64,000 nucleotides of DNA from Lama guanicoe (Eukaryota). A program made the position numbers and the translations under genes. The notes beneath the pieces were generated by a model. That model did not search any database and was not told where the DNA came from. It saw only the letters and a list, made by a program, of their open reading frames with translations. Location of the stretch: the NCBI GenBank assembly GCA_013239625.1, contig MU053304.1, forward strand, positions 2,852,001 through 2,916,000. The letters run 5' to 3'. Shown here one piece after another: positions 9,925 to 23,884 of this stretch. Within the stretch, counting starts at the first letter, position 1. Every line of letters starts with the position of its first letter.

Positions 9925-12900
9925 GCGATGTGAGTTCTCTGACTCCGATATCTTAAAAGGTGGTGTGACGTTTACATACAAAAAGCTTTGTGTAAGCCCT
10001 TAACACATAATTGATACTCAATAAATATTAGTTGATTCAAAATAAATGACCTTTACACAAGGGCAAAATTTCTTTAACTAGAATTTAAAAACTAATCTGG
10101 ACATTGCTTCCAAAGGGCCTTAATTATGTCAATTATCTGTTAGACTCTCCTCTAGTTTGAAAGCATTATAGTCAATGTCATATTTCCACAATGGCTGGAC
10201 ATTTTCAATCAGTGCTTTAGCTCTTAGATGGAAGATTTGCTTTTTGGCACATAGTGGAACAAAGTCTCTGAACAGGATTCATGTGAGGTAAGAATTGTTG
10301 GAGAAAAAATCAACACCTCAAATATCCTTCTCTTTTTAATGTCATGTTAATTAAATCCGCCTTAAGCTTGGACTTATCAAAGGCAGCAGACTGAAAACAC
10401 TTCTGGCGCCCAGAGGCAAAGTTTGATCTTAATATGACATCTGATCAGCGCTTTGAAGTTTCAAGAGCATTCTTTGGCATAACTGGCCTCCTTTAAACTG
10501 ACTTAAATTTGCTGTCAACAGTGGCACAGATACATCCAAAGCAGAACAGAATGGATGCCCCTTGATGTTTCATCGTAGGCTACGAAATACATTTTCATCT
10601 AAGCCCATATCTTTTTGATGACATGTAATTAACAAAAGCAATTGAATTAATGTGTGCAGGCACGGGCAGACAGATTGAGAGGCTTTTTCAAAATCTGATC
10701 CATATCTCTAAAGACGTTTTTTACTGGTCAGAATTATATTGTTCTTAGTCAGAAGCCCCAGTAGTAATTCCGTGAAGTAAATGATGGAAAATAGCTACAG
10801 TATTCTGTATTTATAGACTGTTTCCTGAAAGGAAGAAAAGTCTTTAAAAATATATAACTAAATAAATAAAATTAAAAACAAAACCAGCGTAACTAAGCCG
10901 TGTTCATTTTTTTTATAGAAGAAAGACACAAGGCTTTTCCCTCTGCAGTGCAAAGCACTCAGAGCTCTCTGAACACTCTCTTTTGCTCAAGCAGCCTGGC
11001 AGTGACTTTCAGGCTCAGCTTTTGGTACTGGAGAATAGACTATTCTATTCACGTTGTGTCAAGCAACAAAGTGTCTTGTTCTATTGCCCTTCTGCAGGAG
11101 TAATCAGAGGCATTGAAGAAGCAGGGGGATTTTTAAGAAAAGAAATAGACAATTGTCTTACTAAAAGTGATATTTGAAGATGGTTAATCCAGCTGTCCTA
11201 AAGAAAATTCCTTAGAGCAAAGGGAGAGTGGGAATCTGGGATGCCAGGGGGAGCATACCTGGTGTGGATGGGGAAGTAGGGAGAAGACACGATGAGCTTA
11301 TATACAGGCAGAGGGAGGAGGGAAAATGAACTCTGCTGAGACACAGGTGAAAGTCAAGGTCAGCAGGACTCCCTGGCACTGAGAGTTAAGCAGAACCGTG
11401 ACATCCATGAATGGTGGTGTCATTGAGGTCACCGGGAAGAGGAGCTAAGAACAGGGTACCAAATCCATCGATTCTGACTCAGCCCAGTTGCATCTAAAGA
11501 GCCAGCCCTGAAATTCCCACGGGGGGTCATTTTGCTGACTGCCTATGGGAACATTTCACATTCCCTGAGACACATTGACTTCTAGGAGGCGTCAAGGTTG
11601 CACTGAGGCCAGGACGCAGATAATGAGGGCGCCGGTGGGGATTAACTTCCTCTGCCTTCAGCAAAACCAGGTTGAAATGATGAGCATTTTCTCTTGCCTT
11701 TGAAGCAGCCTGGTCCACACTGAAACAGAGAGGGTGGGGCTACAAGTCTTACATGGCGAGTTTATTCTTTGGAAAATATCAGTTCAGTGTCCTAGGTGGG
11801 AAGCTGTGTTTAAGACTATCATTATGGCTTACTTTGCAGTTTAAATATGATTCAGCTTCTTATTCCAAAAGTCAGGACTTCATTCAGGACTCCACATCAC
11901 CTCTCTTTCCTGCCAGCAATTGCTATATACAGTGTTTAAGACACCAATATGCTGGTCCTATTCTGTTCTCCAAAGCTCAGTTCCTTGAGCATCCTTTCTG
12001 CTATGTGTGAAGAACTCCTGGAAGGATTTTGCAGTACCTTTTCTTTCCTTCCTTTTTTTTTTTTCCAACCAAAAAGTAGGACTCTGAAAACCCAAAATAG
12101 CTTAGAACATTCTGTGGAATGAAGGGTGATGCTGCACTATTGAAACTAGGCAAGCAATCTTTTTTTTTTCTGAATTATTGTAATTACCCCAAACCTTCAT
12201 ATTAGGTATTAAATATCTCTATCCAAAAATGGAAGGGGTCTAAAATGTTTAAAATATCTAATCTGGCGTTCAAAACTCCCTTTTCTCTCCTCGGGTATTG
12301 AAAATGCCTTGCCGTCCCTACTCCTTATCTCTGGCCTTAAGACCTCCTCTCTTTCCCTTCAGTTCTTCATTTAAGCGACCCTCTCAACTTTGTCGTCTGG
12401 AGTAAACGCCACATTCCCAATCAGCCCTAACAGCATCCGCCGTCCCTGTATCCTACCAGGCTTGCCCTCCTGCCAGTGTCAGATTGGAAAGGGAGGATGT
12501 CACTGGAATAAACCTGATCAGTCCTCCATAGCTCTCTGGCCCATGAATCCCTGAGATGAGTCCCCTCGCATGCGTGCCCACCCCTACTACGCTTATCTCT
12601 GCTTCCTGAGAAGGACTCCTGCCCTGAAAGACCCAGATGAGGGCTCATAGTCTCCAGGATGAAGAGCATCCATGGAGAAGGTGTGTCCCTTTGCAAGTTA
12701 AGTGTCCATCTGCCTACATCTTAAAAGGTTGTTGTTCCCAGCAGTTTCTTCCAAAGAAGAGAAGAGTCAGGAAATAAGAATTGCCACTTTCTTATATTGC
12801 TAAAGACCCAAGATAGGCACCAATACTAAGCAATACACGGCCAAATCTGCAGTCCAGCTGATGAACGGCAAAATCTGAACTATTTACAGATTTTATTGCA

Positions 12901-14639
12901 TAAAAATCATCCAAAGTCAATGGGAGGTCTAGATACACATCAAACATTTTCCTATGTGTGTGTGTTTTATATATTTTGCTCCTACTAACATTAAAAATCA
13001 CATTTCTCTCACTGATCGTATCAACATGACAGCATTATATTACATCTACATAGCAATTAAATAGCAATTAATCAGCTGCCCTCTGTTTATATGTCTACTT
13101 TGATTCTGTTTAAATCATTGCCGACCACTCATAAATTATACTATAATTGCACTTCCTGAGTATATTTGTTTTTGTAACTCTTGCATTTTATACTTTAGAA
13201 TCAAACTTGGTTATCTTGTTCATGTGGAAAAAGCTCTGATCAACTTTCAAGGCATTCTTCAGACAGCTGACACCTGTGTGATACGGCAGAAGTAAACACA
13301 CATGGCTTGATGCTTCTGAATTGTCCTCTGTGCTTTTGTATCATTCTTGTGATTGCATTGAAATACAACATAGTTTCCAGGATACAAGTAATTGTGCAGC
13401 ACAAGAAAAGCAGGGAATATCTGAAACTGCCTACCTAGTTCACTTCTTGCCACATTAGGATACATTTGGGGCCAGGTTAATATACAAAGTCTATAGATTA
13501 CATATATGGTGACATTAACTTCAAAGAAAAGAGCCCTATTACTCATGAAACATTCCCATTGTATACTCAGTTGGTTACTTGCATGTGTGACATTTGTCAG
13601 AGATATTTACAAATCATTGTGTTCCATGGTTATGTACCAGAAGGAAGCTTAGTTAGATCAGGTACACATTGCTAAAAGCATCTCATATATAAGGACTCTT
13701 CTGCTTTAAAAATACAGTTTATCCGGAGGTCAGTCATTGATATGTTTATAATGAGACATGACAATGTCACCTTCTTTCTTCTCTGGTGGTATTCCTTCCT
13801 ACCCTCCTCCACAGTAAAGAGGGAGAAAGAATTACAGATTCACTGCTAACCATTTCCTTCCCAACCTTCCCAACCAACTATGTCTTTGATCTCGTGCTGT
13901 TTAAGTGTTTTTCTTCTCCTTGACAATGGAAAATTGTTTTGTTCCAAGACCTTGAAAGAACTCCATTATTTTCCAATACTTTTCTAATAATCAATTACAA
14001 GAATTCCAAATTATACTAGGTAATGCAAGAATGCTTCACATCCAACCAAACAGACAATCATATTACAGAATGTGTCCTATGAATAATCAAATGTGATTAT
14101 TCCTACTTTGGAAATAGTTTGCCCATTTTGTCAAAGGAGGCTAAATACACAAAATGCCAGGCAGCCAGCCAGAATCATCATTAAAAGGAAAATGTTATCT
14201 TAACATTTAATTAAACTTTCTGCGAAACTGAGACTAAACCACTGAGCTTTCTATGCCAGCTTTTTGTCTCCACACATTACCTTTATTTCCAGTTTGTATC
14301 GTTGTCTCTTGTTAGCACTTCACTGTGCTTTACATCAGCATTTCAGCTTCCCTGCGAGGTAATGGAAAGCTGTTGTATCCCATGGTGGAAAACAAAAGAC
14401 TGCAGGGTTCTCAGAAAGTTTGCTATGGCACAGATTAAATCAACATGAAATTAAGTGTGTGAAATTACACAAAATCTTCTGACTTCTAGTCCAGCGTGAT
14501 GTGCATGTGTTTGGGGGTGCGGTGGGGAGGTGGACTTTTAAGCTACTATAAAAATTTAAGCTAACAGTTAAGCACTACTTAAGCTATTGACAATCATCCA
14601 AAAATTATAATTAAAAATGTTGTAGAACCTTAGAGAACG

Positions 14640-15250
14640 TCATGACATTACACAGCCTCGCTCAGCTCAGCAACGGATTTCTTTCCAGTGAAAGATCAAA
14701 GGTTCTTTCTCATCACTTCCCCGACCACTCACTCTGCGCCAGCAATTACGAGCTCCTTGCTGTTCTTCAAAATCAACAAACAGGTTTCTGCTTTGAGCTT
14801 TTGTTTTTCCTGGGATCTCTGCCTGGGATGCTCTGCCCTCAGGTGGGTGCGTGGCTGGCATCGCCCTTCATTCAGATCTCTGCTCAATGTCACCCTCAGA
14901 GAAGCCTGCCAGGAAATACTTTCCCAAAACAGCATCCCTTACCTTTTTATTCCTTTCCCTGACTTTATCTTCACAGTGGTCACAGTAGTTTTCTTTATCT
15001 GAACACATTCAAATATGGAAAATTTATTTGATTATGGCCTGGCATCCCCCAAGAGAATGAGAACAAAACTATTTACTTTGTCATTATTTTTATTTTGTCC
15101 ACCCCAATTGCCCAGTAAATAAACAACACCCAGTAAAAGCAGCAGGTGCTCAACAAGCAGTCTTTGAAAGGATGAGTGAGTGGATGGACACCATATGGAG
15201 ATCATCTCTGCGTTGTTCACTATTGTAGGACCCAGAGTCTAGTCCATAGT
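14640..15250 (+). mobile_element. L2 3' fragments
   Basis: ctctgcctgggatgctctgccctc...tctgctcaatgtcaccctcagagaagcct... and tail caggtgctcaacaagcagtctttgaaaggatgagtgagtggatgg. Confidence 0.7.
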
Positions 15251-16199
15251 GTGCACTCAAAAATTAGGGAATTAAAGGAAAAATTAAACTTTGAAGAGAA
15301 TATAAATCTAAAAATAGATGAAGAGGCATTCCAGATGGCACAGACCTTTCAAGACAGGGTAACAGAGAACTTTTCTGCCATTAACTGCAAATAGAGAAGC
15401 CAGCAAGTCAACCTTCCTTTAGGGAATGGAATTGGGGAGCGAAGGGTTTGAGTTCAGACACGAAAGAGTCAAAGGTGACAGCTGGAGATCCAAAAGTAAT
15501 AACTAACAATTAGAAGTGTGAAAAGCCGAGCTTTAGAGAAAGGTCAAAGATGAAGCTCTTGACCAGTGAGTCATCTCCCCAGGCCGAAATTAGTGCCCTG
15601 AGAGTCAGGGAGGTCTCCCAGGAAAACAATTGGGGGGAGTGCAAAGAGCAACACACTGAGGCCTGACCCAAAGGGGATACTCCTGTTTAGTGCATCAGGG
15701 GAGGAAAAGCTTGTTAGAAAGAGAGATGTGTTCCCCCTACCTTCCCCAACATCTGCAGACAACTCAGATGCACCTTTCAGCACACTGGTCAGGTGCCCAG
15801 TCTCCTGCCACACCTCACACAGGTAGAATGGACCGCTCTACCCTAGGTGATCTCTGACCAGGATTGTTGTGATCAAAGCACATGCTTTCTTTATCAGTGT
15901 CCTGAAGGTGCTTGTCTTCCCCTCTTAGAGTGTAATTTCCAAGCCACAGCAGTCATTTTTGTTCATCTTAATATTTCCAGTGTCAAACATCAAAAGAGGT
16001 CAATGAACCTCTATTGACCAAATATGGACTAAAGGAGGAGATGAGAGAAGGAGGAGGAGAAAAATAAGAATGGAGCCTCACAAACACAGATAAAGAGAAA
16101 TGGCCAGATGCTGTGCAGAGACCAAGAAAATGTTAAGATGGAAACCATATTGTTTAAATTGTACTGCATTCTCATAATAATAGCCATCACCTCTCGATT

Positions 16200-16380
16200 A
16201 CCTACTCTCTTAAGAGGTTAGCCCTTTTGAACATTTTCTTATTTGAAATTTGGAACAACTTTCTGAAGTGTCTTTAATTGTCCTCACGTAACAGATGCAA
16301 AAACTAAGAGCATCAGAAGTTTAGTGACTTGCCCACGGTCACTCAGGAAGTGATGCGACGGGATAGATTAGGAGCTAAGC
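16200..16380 (-). mobile_element. MIR SINE
   Basis: acagatgcaaaaactaagagcatcagaagtttagtgacttgcccacggtcactcagg is the reverse MIR core. Confidence 0.7.
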
Positions 16381-18699
16381 CGCCAAGCCTCTGTGATCAG
16401 CCTTAGGTTACATCTTCTCCAATAGAAAGTACTATTAAAAACTGTTAAGTTGTTGCTTAGCAGTGTTTAGGGCTGTGTCCAGGTTACTAGCACGCTGTTT
16501 TCCCCTCTTCATTCCATATTAATACTAAATTCCTGCAACTTGGTCCTCTGTATAAAAAAGCAAAGCCACTGTACAAAAAAGTCTTAAGAATGATCTTTCT
16601 TCATGGTTTAGGACACTCATGAAATTTTAAGAGAAAACGTGCCATTATTATCTCAAACCTGTGAATAAATAGCACGTTTGTGATCAGCTCTTCATCTGGA
16701 ACAAGTGAAACTGCAGCTAAAAATAACAGACAAATAAATGAGCCATTGAGAGCCTGTTCAGTTTTTCTCTTCCCTCCACCCCTCCCCTTCAGAAAGTAGC
16801 TCTTTCAGCAGGGAGATTATATTCGTAAGGCTTCAAAATCATTAAATTCTCAAGCACATATTCTTCTTTCAATCATTTCTTTTTTTTTTTCATCTAAACC
16901 ATTAAACCAAAAGCTTTTCAGAGGTTAAACTTGCTTACCATATGATGCTATGTGGTTTGCTGAAGCCTGCATTTTTTATTCTCTTTGCTTATTTGGCTCT
17001 TAGTGCATTTAGGAATCAAAGCAGTGGGAATAGGAGAAGTAGAAAGGGATGGGGAATTACTGACGGTCTATGTAGAAGAAGACTTCAGATGACATGATTT
17101 AATTGTGTACAAAGGGCAAACAGGCTGGGAGCTGGTGGGTAACTTGACCACACAGACAATAGGGTCAGGACTGGACCTCAGACCTCCCAACCACCCAGAC
17201 CAGGCCCCTGAGGGAGAGATGGACAAACTTATAGTCCAGGATTTGGAGGAATACAAGAATGAAAATTTATGTAATTTTACCAGCTTGCAAGGGAGCAATG
17301 CCTAATAGGGGTTTTGGGGTCAGAGAGCCTGGCTCAAAAGCTAGTTCTCTACTAACAAGAAAAAGTATTGACCCCTCTAAGTCTGGGCAAAGAAAATAAT
17401 CATTTTATAATAGTTAATGTCTGTTGAGCACTTGCTATATGCCAAGCACTGTTTTAAGCACATTCCATATGTTAGCCCTCAAATTCTACTTCATAAGTCT
17501 AGAGGTTTAATTCAGATAATATCTGTTAGGGCCTTAGCCCAGAGAGTTCTCAATAAACGTGGTATTACTTGGTCAACAATTAAAGAATATAAGTATTAAA
17601 TAATTGATAATCTTTAAATATTAATAAGATTTAATTACTGGTAAAATCAAATGAACTATTTTTTAAATTATGATCAATAGAATTTACATTTTAAGGTTAT
17701 ACAGTGAATAAATATTCTCACCAGAGAAGTTCTTTTCATAACACTGTTCTTAGACAATTGAAAGATTTAGGTTGTGTTTTAAATTCTAATTCCTTACCCT
17801 GGCATTTCTGTTTCCTCTGAAGCAAAGATGTACCTTAGAGAAGACACTCAGGATCCAAGCGATATGGAATAGCCAGGTGGGAAGACCTTCTAGCGTTTTC
17901 CCACTGAGTAAGCAAGTCCATACAGCTGTCAACTTTTATTCCCTCTTAGGGTAAATGAAGAATTTTTTATATTTTTAGTTATTATTTATTATAAAAATAA
18001 ATGCAAAAAATGCCCTTAAAGTAGAAGACTCAAAAATCAATCTTTCTGTGCTCATTTCTTTATGTTAGAGAAGTTCAGTGCAGGAGGAATCCGACAGGTA
18101 ACGAGCAATTCTCTCAGTCGGTCAGCCTCATCATGAGACAGCCTCTTTCATGACCTCGGGACTCTCACAGTGTGGAAGCGTCAGGCTGATGGCTTCTGTC
18201 CTCTCCTCTCTGCCTCTCTGTATCTCACCCGGAAAATATGCCAACCTAGCCCATCACTTTTCTGGAAAACCCAAGTAAATCATGCCTGAACTGTGCCCCC
18301 TGCTTAAGGCTGACCTAAGACGAGAGTAATTTATAAGCTTTGATAAGTGACAGATGTTTTCTCTTATTGACACAGTTTGTTGCCACCAGGATACTCTGTG
18401 CCCTGAATACGTTAGAATGTAGAAGAAGTCCAGGGCCTAATTTTTGCAGAGTGAGCTTTGAAATGCCTGAGAAGTGATTCTGGTTAGAGGAGTTATTAAA
18501 ATGATGCATTGTAAAGCATCACTATCTGATATGTTCACTTGATGCCTCCATTTGAAATCTCTGACATTCTTACGATGCAGAATAGACGTAGTTATATTTA
18601 CAAAAATTAGATGCACTTAACTCTTCAGAAACACATCCCAAGTCAGACCTGTCTGTAGGGGTTACAGAAGGCAGCATTATTAAATGATTTCACTCACAG

Positions 18700-18950
18700 G
18701 CCTTGGTGTCTTCAAAACCAAATCTTAAGTCCGGCTCTGAGCAGCTTAGGGCAGAAACTCAAATCTCTCTGAACTCCAGGATCTTAATCTTCAAAGTGAC
18801 AATTTCCGTGAAGATCCTTCTCTTCAAAATAATTCCTACCTTATAGCATTGCATTAAGGATTAAATTTAAAAGTAATCAATCATCAATCAATCAGTATGT
18901 GAAAAATTTAGCACATCTCCTGGCACATTCTAAGCATGCTGTAACTATTA
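18700..18950 (+). mobile_element. MIR SINE (degraded)
   Basis: aaatctctctgaactccagg...cctaccttatagcattgcattaaggattaaat...ttagcacatctcctggcacattctaagcatgct. Confidence 0.55.
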
Positions 18951-19149
18951 AGACTACAAAATATGGAACTGAAATTACACCTTAGGTGAGAATATTTGCT
19001 GAAGAAAATTTGACTTCACACATCTGAAATGTTTTTGATTCACTGATTTGAGGGAAAGGTGTCCAATTTTTTGCAGTTCGTATCAAACAGTAACAATGAA
19101 AACCATACGTTGAGACAATGACTTGCCATCTTGCACGCCACAGTGTTTG

Positions 19150-19295
19150 ACGCATGTCATCTCACTGAACACCCCAGTGATCCCACCAGGTGGGTATTGC
19201 TCTTTCCATTCATAGGTGTAGAAACTGAGACATAATTTAAGCTGACCACCCAAGGTCTTCCTGCTACTAATGACCAGCTTAGGATTTCACACTCT
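19150..19295 (-). mobile_element. MIR SINE
   Basis: ggtgggtattgctctttccattcataggtgtagaaactgagacataatttaagctgaccacccaaggtc. Confidence 0.6.
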
Positions 19296-19359
19296 ATGAA
19301 TGGCAGTGGTGGAAGTGCCTGAGAACATTTCTATATTTTAATTAAGGTTAATCTAGGTC

Positions 19360-19924
19360 AATGGTTTTCAATTTTTTTTTTTTTTTGGAATCAAAGTCCC
19401 CTTGTACTCTAAAAATGTTTGGGGACCTCGTGAAGCTTTTGTTTGTAGGTGTAATGCTTATTGGTATTTTCCATATCATAAATTAAAGCTAAGAATTTTT
19501 AAAATATGTGTTTATTTAATTTAAAATGATATTAACAATTTAAATAATTTATTATTCTAAAGTAATTTCAAAGTAATAATAAACACATTACATTCTAACA
19601 TACAAATTTTTATGAAAATTCAGTGTTTTCCAAAACAAAACATTTTAGTGAGAAGAGTAACTTCATTTCACATTTTTAGCAAATCTCCTTAATATCTAAC
19701 TTAAAAGAAGACAGCCGTGCTCTCCTATTTGCTTCAGCATTCAGCCTGTTACACTGCAACACTTTGTGTGGACCCTGGAGAACTCCACTGAGTTCTCGTG
19801 AGACAATTCAAATGGAAAGAGCAAATAAAGTCTTAATATTATTATAAAAGTAGTCTGACCATTGGATTCCTTAAAAGATCTCAGGGACCTCTAGGGGTCC
19901 CAGCTCACACTTAAAGAACAATAG
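19360..19924 (-). mobile_element. hAT-Charlie non-autonomous DNA transposon (Charlie4a/MER80- or MER119-like)
   Basis: Degenerate TIRs caatggttttcaa ... ttaaagaacaatag; internal ttttagtgagaagagt...gcaaatctccttaatatctaacttaaaagaagacagc and tctcagggacctctaggggtccc. Confidence 0.7.
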
Positions 19925-21162
19925 TTTAGATTTAAGAAACCTGAGAAGTGCCGTTGCCAAATTCAGTCTGCAGTGAGAACTCAAGTTCATCAATTACCTG
20001 CACATCCACAAAGTGTCTGTTTGTGCTGTTTGGAAAAGAATGATGAAAATTTGTCATTTCTAGGTAATAATAACCACTGAGTGGGGAAAATACTAAAAAG
20101 TAGTGATAACACTTGGCTAAAACAAAAATGGTATGGAAAAACGTGTCAGAATTACATTTGGTTAACTCAATCTGCAGAGACAAAATTAATGTATTTTTAT
20201 CTTTATAGAACAAAGGAAGACAATTCTTCATTGTGCAAATGAAATGTAATTGAAGTGTCATTCTATTTTTATGGCATTAGCCAAACTGATTAAATCTGTT
20301 ATATTACTTAAGTGAAGGTAGTTGTCAAATGTTAGCAGACATATACCTTAATAAAGTAGAGGGTACTGGGAGAACACTGGAAATTTTATATAAGTAGAGA
20401 AAAAATTTTATACAATATTTGGATAGTGTTACACATCAGAAGTTGAATCATTTCGTTGTTTGAGATTGCATCTTCAAAATGTTTTGGCTCAGAAATACAA
20501 TTTTTATTCATTGCTTTAAATTCAAAGACCAGAAACAAGGCATTTATAAATCATATTTGTGAATTTGTGAATTGAAATTCATTTTGCCCTACCATACTGT
20601 TTCTACAAGGAAAATGGTTGTTGTAATGCACTTACTTATAATAATTTTTAAACTTAACAGTAGTACCCTAAGTGTTCTAGAAGAACTGAATCCTATTTCA
20701 CAGATACGTTACCAAAGCTGAAGAACTAAAAAAAAAAAAATCATAATTTTGGTAGCAGTATTGCACCAAGTGGAGAAGCACTACATTTTTAATAAAAAAT
20801 ATTCATAGAATGTAAAAGAACTCTAACACTAAAATGAAGTTTGATCCCCATTGCCAATTAAACCATACCCCAAAACAACCATTTGACTGCAACTTACAGA
20901 AAAGTTACAGGTGCACTGAAGTTTCCAGATGTTAAATTTGATGAGAGAAGAAACAACAGTATTAACATCAGTGTGTTCCTCTAAAGTGAATTCCTGATCG
21001 ACTATTTTACACAATCTAGAGGTGCTATTATCCTGGAAATTTTTTTCGACTATCCAGATGCTCTGAGGCAAATAAAACACTTACAGATTCTTCAGAAAAG
21101 AGTTCCTGTTTACATAAAAAACCTTGCAAATGGCACTGAGAAGGTTTCCTTGGTTCCCTCAG

Positions 21163-21270
21163 GTTCTCCGCAGCAACAGCCTCCTCGAGTCTACAGACTA
21201 TTGGCTGCAGAATCAGAGGACGCCCTGCCAGATTGGTTTTGTGGAAGACAAGTCTGAAAACTGCGCATCT
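21163..21270 (+). CDS. SPHKAP: SPHKAP coding exon (probable exon 3), 108 nt, phase 0/0
   Basis: Encodes VLRSNSLLESTDYWLQNQRTPCQIGFVEDKSENCAS; acceptor tttccttggttccctcAG|G, donor TCT|GTAAGT. Confidence 0.96.
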
Positions 21271-23019
21271 GTAAGTAAACACCCGGCTCTGGGATGTGGG
21301 CTGAGAAAGTGGGGAGTTGGGCTCATGTACTCACGCTAAGTACATAATCGACAAATACAAGGTTGGGAAAGTATCCTTTTGAAAATATGTAACTGGTTTA
21401 TACAGAGCGTTAACAAAATGACAGGCAGAAGCTCATGTTTCTTCTCCTATTTTGCTCATTTCAACGAGTAAATTGATCTGTTCAATTCTTGGAAATGGAA
21501 AAATGATGTTGATATTTTCAAAACCAACTGAGAAAAAGATTCAGAAATAGAATTGCATGATGAGAAATAAAAGCTCATTCAAGAGCTCTCTTGGATTCTT
21601 TTCAATATATTTTATAACTACTACTGGTAGGTGTTTTCCAACATGAAAATTCTGTAACAATATTCTACCATTCTTATAAGTTATAGTCATTATCTGAAAA
21701 CCTTTTCAACATAAGCAATATGCAGGCATACATTTTAATATTATATACTAGATCTTAGCTTTACATATAAAGCCTCTCTTTTCAAGGGAAGAGATGTTCT
21801 TATAGGTAAATGCTTCCTATGGCTTAGAATATAAGGGTATATTGTTGATATAAGAAAAATATCTCCTTCTTGTATGGTGTAGGCTGCTTTCTACATGTTC
21901 TACGAAGCCATATGTTTCATTTTAACTGAATCACCTAGTTCTTACAGGGTCATGATTACAGAGATTGGGGGAGAAATTTCTAAAGAGAAATGTAATTCTC
22001 ATGACTAAGTTGAGAGCATAAGCTCTGAGCTATTCCTGGAGGTAAGTTGCATGCCAGCATTTCTGTTAAAAGAAAAAAAAAAGGAAGCTGAAAATGGGAT
22101 GGAGAAGCTTTTTATACATAATGAGCAGAACCAGAACTGGCAGACAGAGGATGTAAAATATTTCACACCACAGAGTCTCATTGCACAAAGAAACTAGAGT
22201 TCAGTTAACAGACTTAATAAAATCTCTTTGTATAGGCAAATGATTTTGATTCTAGTACCTTGGGGACTTTTTATTCCTTGTCCAGAAAACTAGTTGATGG
22301 CTAAAAATCTTTGGCAAAAACAGAAAGGATTAGGTGGTACATTGATGCCTTCTTTGCAAATTCAATTCTGAGATGAGGTGGAGAATTGAAGCATTTGCTG
22401 ATATGAATCTCTAGTTACACAGCTATAAATTGTAAAAGGGGGAGAAATGAAGAGTAAAATCTATCAGCATCTATCCACGTAGCTCCTGTATTGAGGGGTC
22501 TACTATTTGGAGAAGGTAAAATTTGAGGGGCACTAAAAATTGTGTAATAAAGGGCAAAGAGGTCTTCTCTAAACTTTGTATTTGGGGAGTCTGTACTGCA
22601 GATCTACAATTAGACGTGGTCTATTTATAACCAAATTTAAGATGACCACTGCATCTTCCTAAGTATAAGAAAACTACTCACATTTCCCCACCAATCCCAG
22701 TAAACTCAAATTTGGCCTTAAAACTGTATGTCTTTCTTTCTTAATTCTTTGTCCCTTTACAGTGTCAGATAACGTCAGTGAGTTTGAGCTAGCTGATTCA
22801 TCCTGCCTTTATGAGTCTCTCTATTCTTCCCCAAAGGGGAAGAAAATCTAAATACAAATAAAAGTCATATTGGAAGCTTAGTTTTTCCGCAAGAGTTTAA
22901 TAATAATTGAAACTGACACAAATATTGAAAATTGTTCATGACTCTAACCTTAAGAAAAAAAATTCAAGATCCCTATGAGAAATGAACCCTAGTCTGTCAA
23001 AATGTATCCTGTAGTTGCT

Positions 23020-23730
23020 TTTTTTTAATTTTCATAATTCTTTATTAAAATTGAAGTATAGTTGAGTTACAACATTATATTAGTTTTAGATATACAACAT
23101 AGTCATTCAGTATTTTTATAGATTATACCCCATTTATAGTTATTATAAAATAATGGCTGTATTTCCCTGTGTTGTACAATATATCCTTATAGCTTATTTA
23201 TTTTATACATAGTAGTTTGTATCTCTCAATCGCTTACCCCTATGATGCCCCACACACACCCTCTCCCCAGTGGTAACCACTAGTTTGTACTCTATGTCTG
23301 TGAGTCTGTTTCTCTTTTGTTACACTCATTCTTTTGTTTTATTTTTTATATTCCACATATAAGTGATAACAAAGTGTTTGACTTTCTCTGTCTGACTTAT
23401 TTCACTAAGCATAATATCCTCTAGGTCCATTCATGTTGTTGCAAATAGCAGAACTTCATTCTTCCTTACAGTTGAGTAATATTCCATTGTGTGTGGGTAT
23501 ATATATGTAGTGTGTGTGTGGTGTGTGTGTGTATATATATATATATATACACACACACACCACATCTTCTTTACCTTCTTTTTCATTCACCTGTTGATGG
23601 ACACTTAACGTTTTTTCTATATCTTGGCAATTATAAATGATGCTGCTATGAACACTGGGATCCATATATCTTTTTGAATTTGTGTTTTCTTTGGATATAT
23701 ATCCAGGAGTAAAATTGTAGTCACTTTTCT
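23020..23730 (-). mobile_element. LINE-1 3' fragment (older copy) containing a (GT)6(AT)8(AC)6 palindrome
   Basis: T-tail, tggtaaccactagtttgtactctatgtctgtgagtctg, attccacatataagtgata, ttatttcactaagcataatatcctctaggtccattcatgttgttgcaaat. Confidence 0.9.
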
Positions 23731-23884
23731 TAATTTCCAGGTCCTTTCTCTCTTTCTGACTTGACACAGATTTCCAGGGTGACGGGAAGAAACACAGTCC
23801 AGAGGTGGACATTACTGAGCGGAGGGAATTATCTAGGAAAGAACAGAGGTGACCTACAGCAGTGGCTGACAAGACAAGGAACTC

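Noticed and set aside
15776..15798. RE1/NRSE-like sequence TTCAGCACACTGGTCAGGTGCC
   Set aside because: Mismatches at highly constrained positions (the second C of CACC and the A of GGACAG); too weak to call.
18069..18097. AG...CAG|GTAACG flanked 29-nt segment
   Set aside because: Not a multiple of 3, mediocre acceptor, no other support.
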